Below, one piece after another: positions 63,754 through 64,000 of a stretch of 64,000 nt of DNA. The stretch comes from Chthoniobacteraceae bacterium (GTDB lineage Bacteria; Verrucomicrobiota; Verrucomicrobiia; Chthoniobacterales; Chthoniobacteraceae), in the NCBI GenBank assembly GCA_040081625.1, contig JBEBGD010000001.1:129748-193747 (forward strand), given 5' to 3'. Under the pieces are notes generated by a model, which ran no database searches, had not been told where the DNA came from, and worked only from the letters and a program-made list of their open reading frames with translations. Both the position numbers and the translations under genes were made by a program. Numbering within the stretch: the stretch's first letter is position 1; each line of letters starts with the position of its first letter.

Positions 63754-64000
63754 CTACACCGGAGCCCGGAAGAGCAGCGTCAGCAGCGCATTGTGAGCGA
63801 CCCGCAACTCCTCCGACGCGGGATCGGCATACGGAGCGTCCAGCGTCGCCAGCCCCGTGGGATTGCGCGCCGTGCCGGCGATGGCGTCGTCGAGGTCTGC
63901 CCTCGACACCTCGCCCTGCGGCCCCTGAATCCCGGGCGCACCGTCACTCCCCGCCGGCCCCGGCTCCCCCGGGTCTCCCTTCTCGCCCTGCGGGCCGGGC
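63754..64000 (-). CDS. Collagen-like protein, 3' part (starts beyond the right edge)
   Basis: Manual translation: P-GPQ-GEK-GDP-GEP-GPA-GSD-GAP-GIQ-GPQ-GEV-SRADLDDAIAGTARNPTGLATLDAPYADPASEELRVAHNALLTLLFRAPV-stop (TAG at 63754-63756). Not in the ORF track. Confidence 0.85.
   Translation of the reverse strand, partial: PGPQGEKGDPGEPGPAGSDGAPGIQGPQGEVSRADLDDAIAGTARNPTGLATLDAPYADPASEELRVAHNALLTLLFRAPV

Overview
High-GC bacterial window. Gene content and style (two PEP-CTERM proteins, autotransporter-associated beta-strand repeats without a barrel, 'FPQWRGP' PQQ-like propeller, Gld-like ABC operon with DUF4340) point to Verrucomicrobiota, probably Chthoniobacter-like (inference). The left 9.3 kb is mostly housekeeping: trpB (partial), a ChbG/HpnK-family deacetylase, a CvfB-like S1 protein, a small PEP-CTERM propeller protein, DUF1028, dapF, an antisense hicB-hicA pair, dapA, dapB, folK and panB. 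About 72% of the window is one uninterrupted 46.2-kb gene (9403..55611, ~15,402 aa, roughly 1.5 MDa). It encodes a signal peptide, a very long array of passenger-type (PATR-like) beta-strand repeats organised into nested super-repeats, 12 copies of an inserted ~60-aa module, and a C-terminal PEP-CTERM sorting signal in place of an autotransporter beta-barrel. Downstream lie an AsmA-like membrane protein, a BamB/PQQ-like propeller with a large helical insert, a four-gene GldA/GldF/GldG-like ABC plus DUF4340 operon, an 88-bp REP/MITE-like inverted repeat, and the 3' end of a collagen-like gene. The giant barrel-less PEP-CTERM protein, and how it could cross the envelope, is the most striking candidate for an undescribed system.
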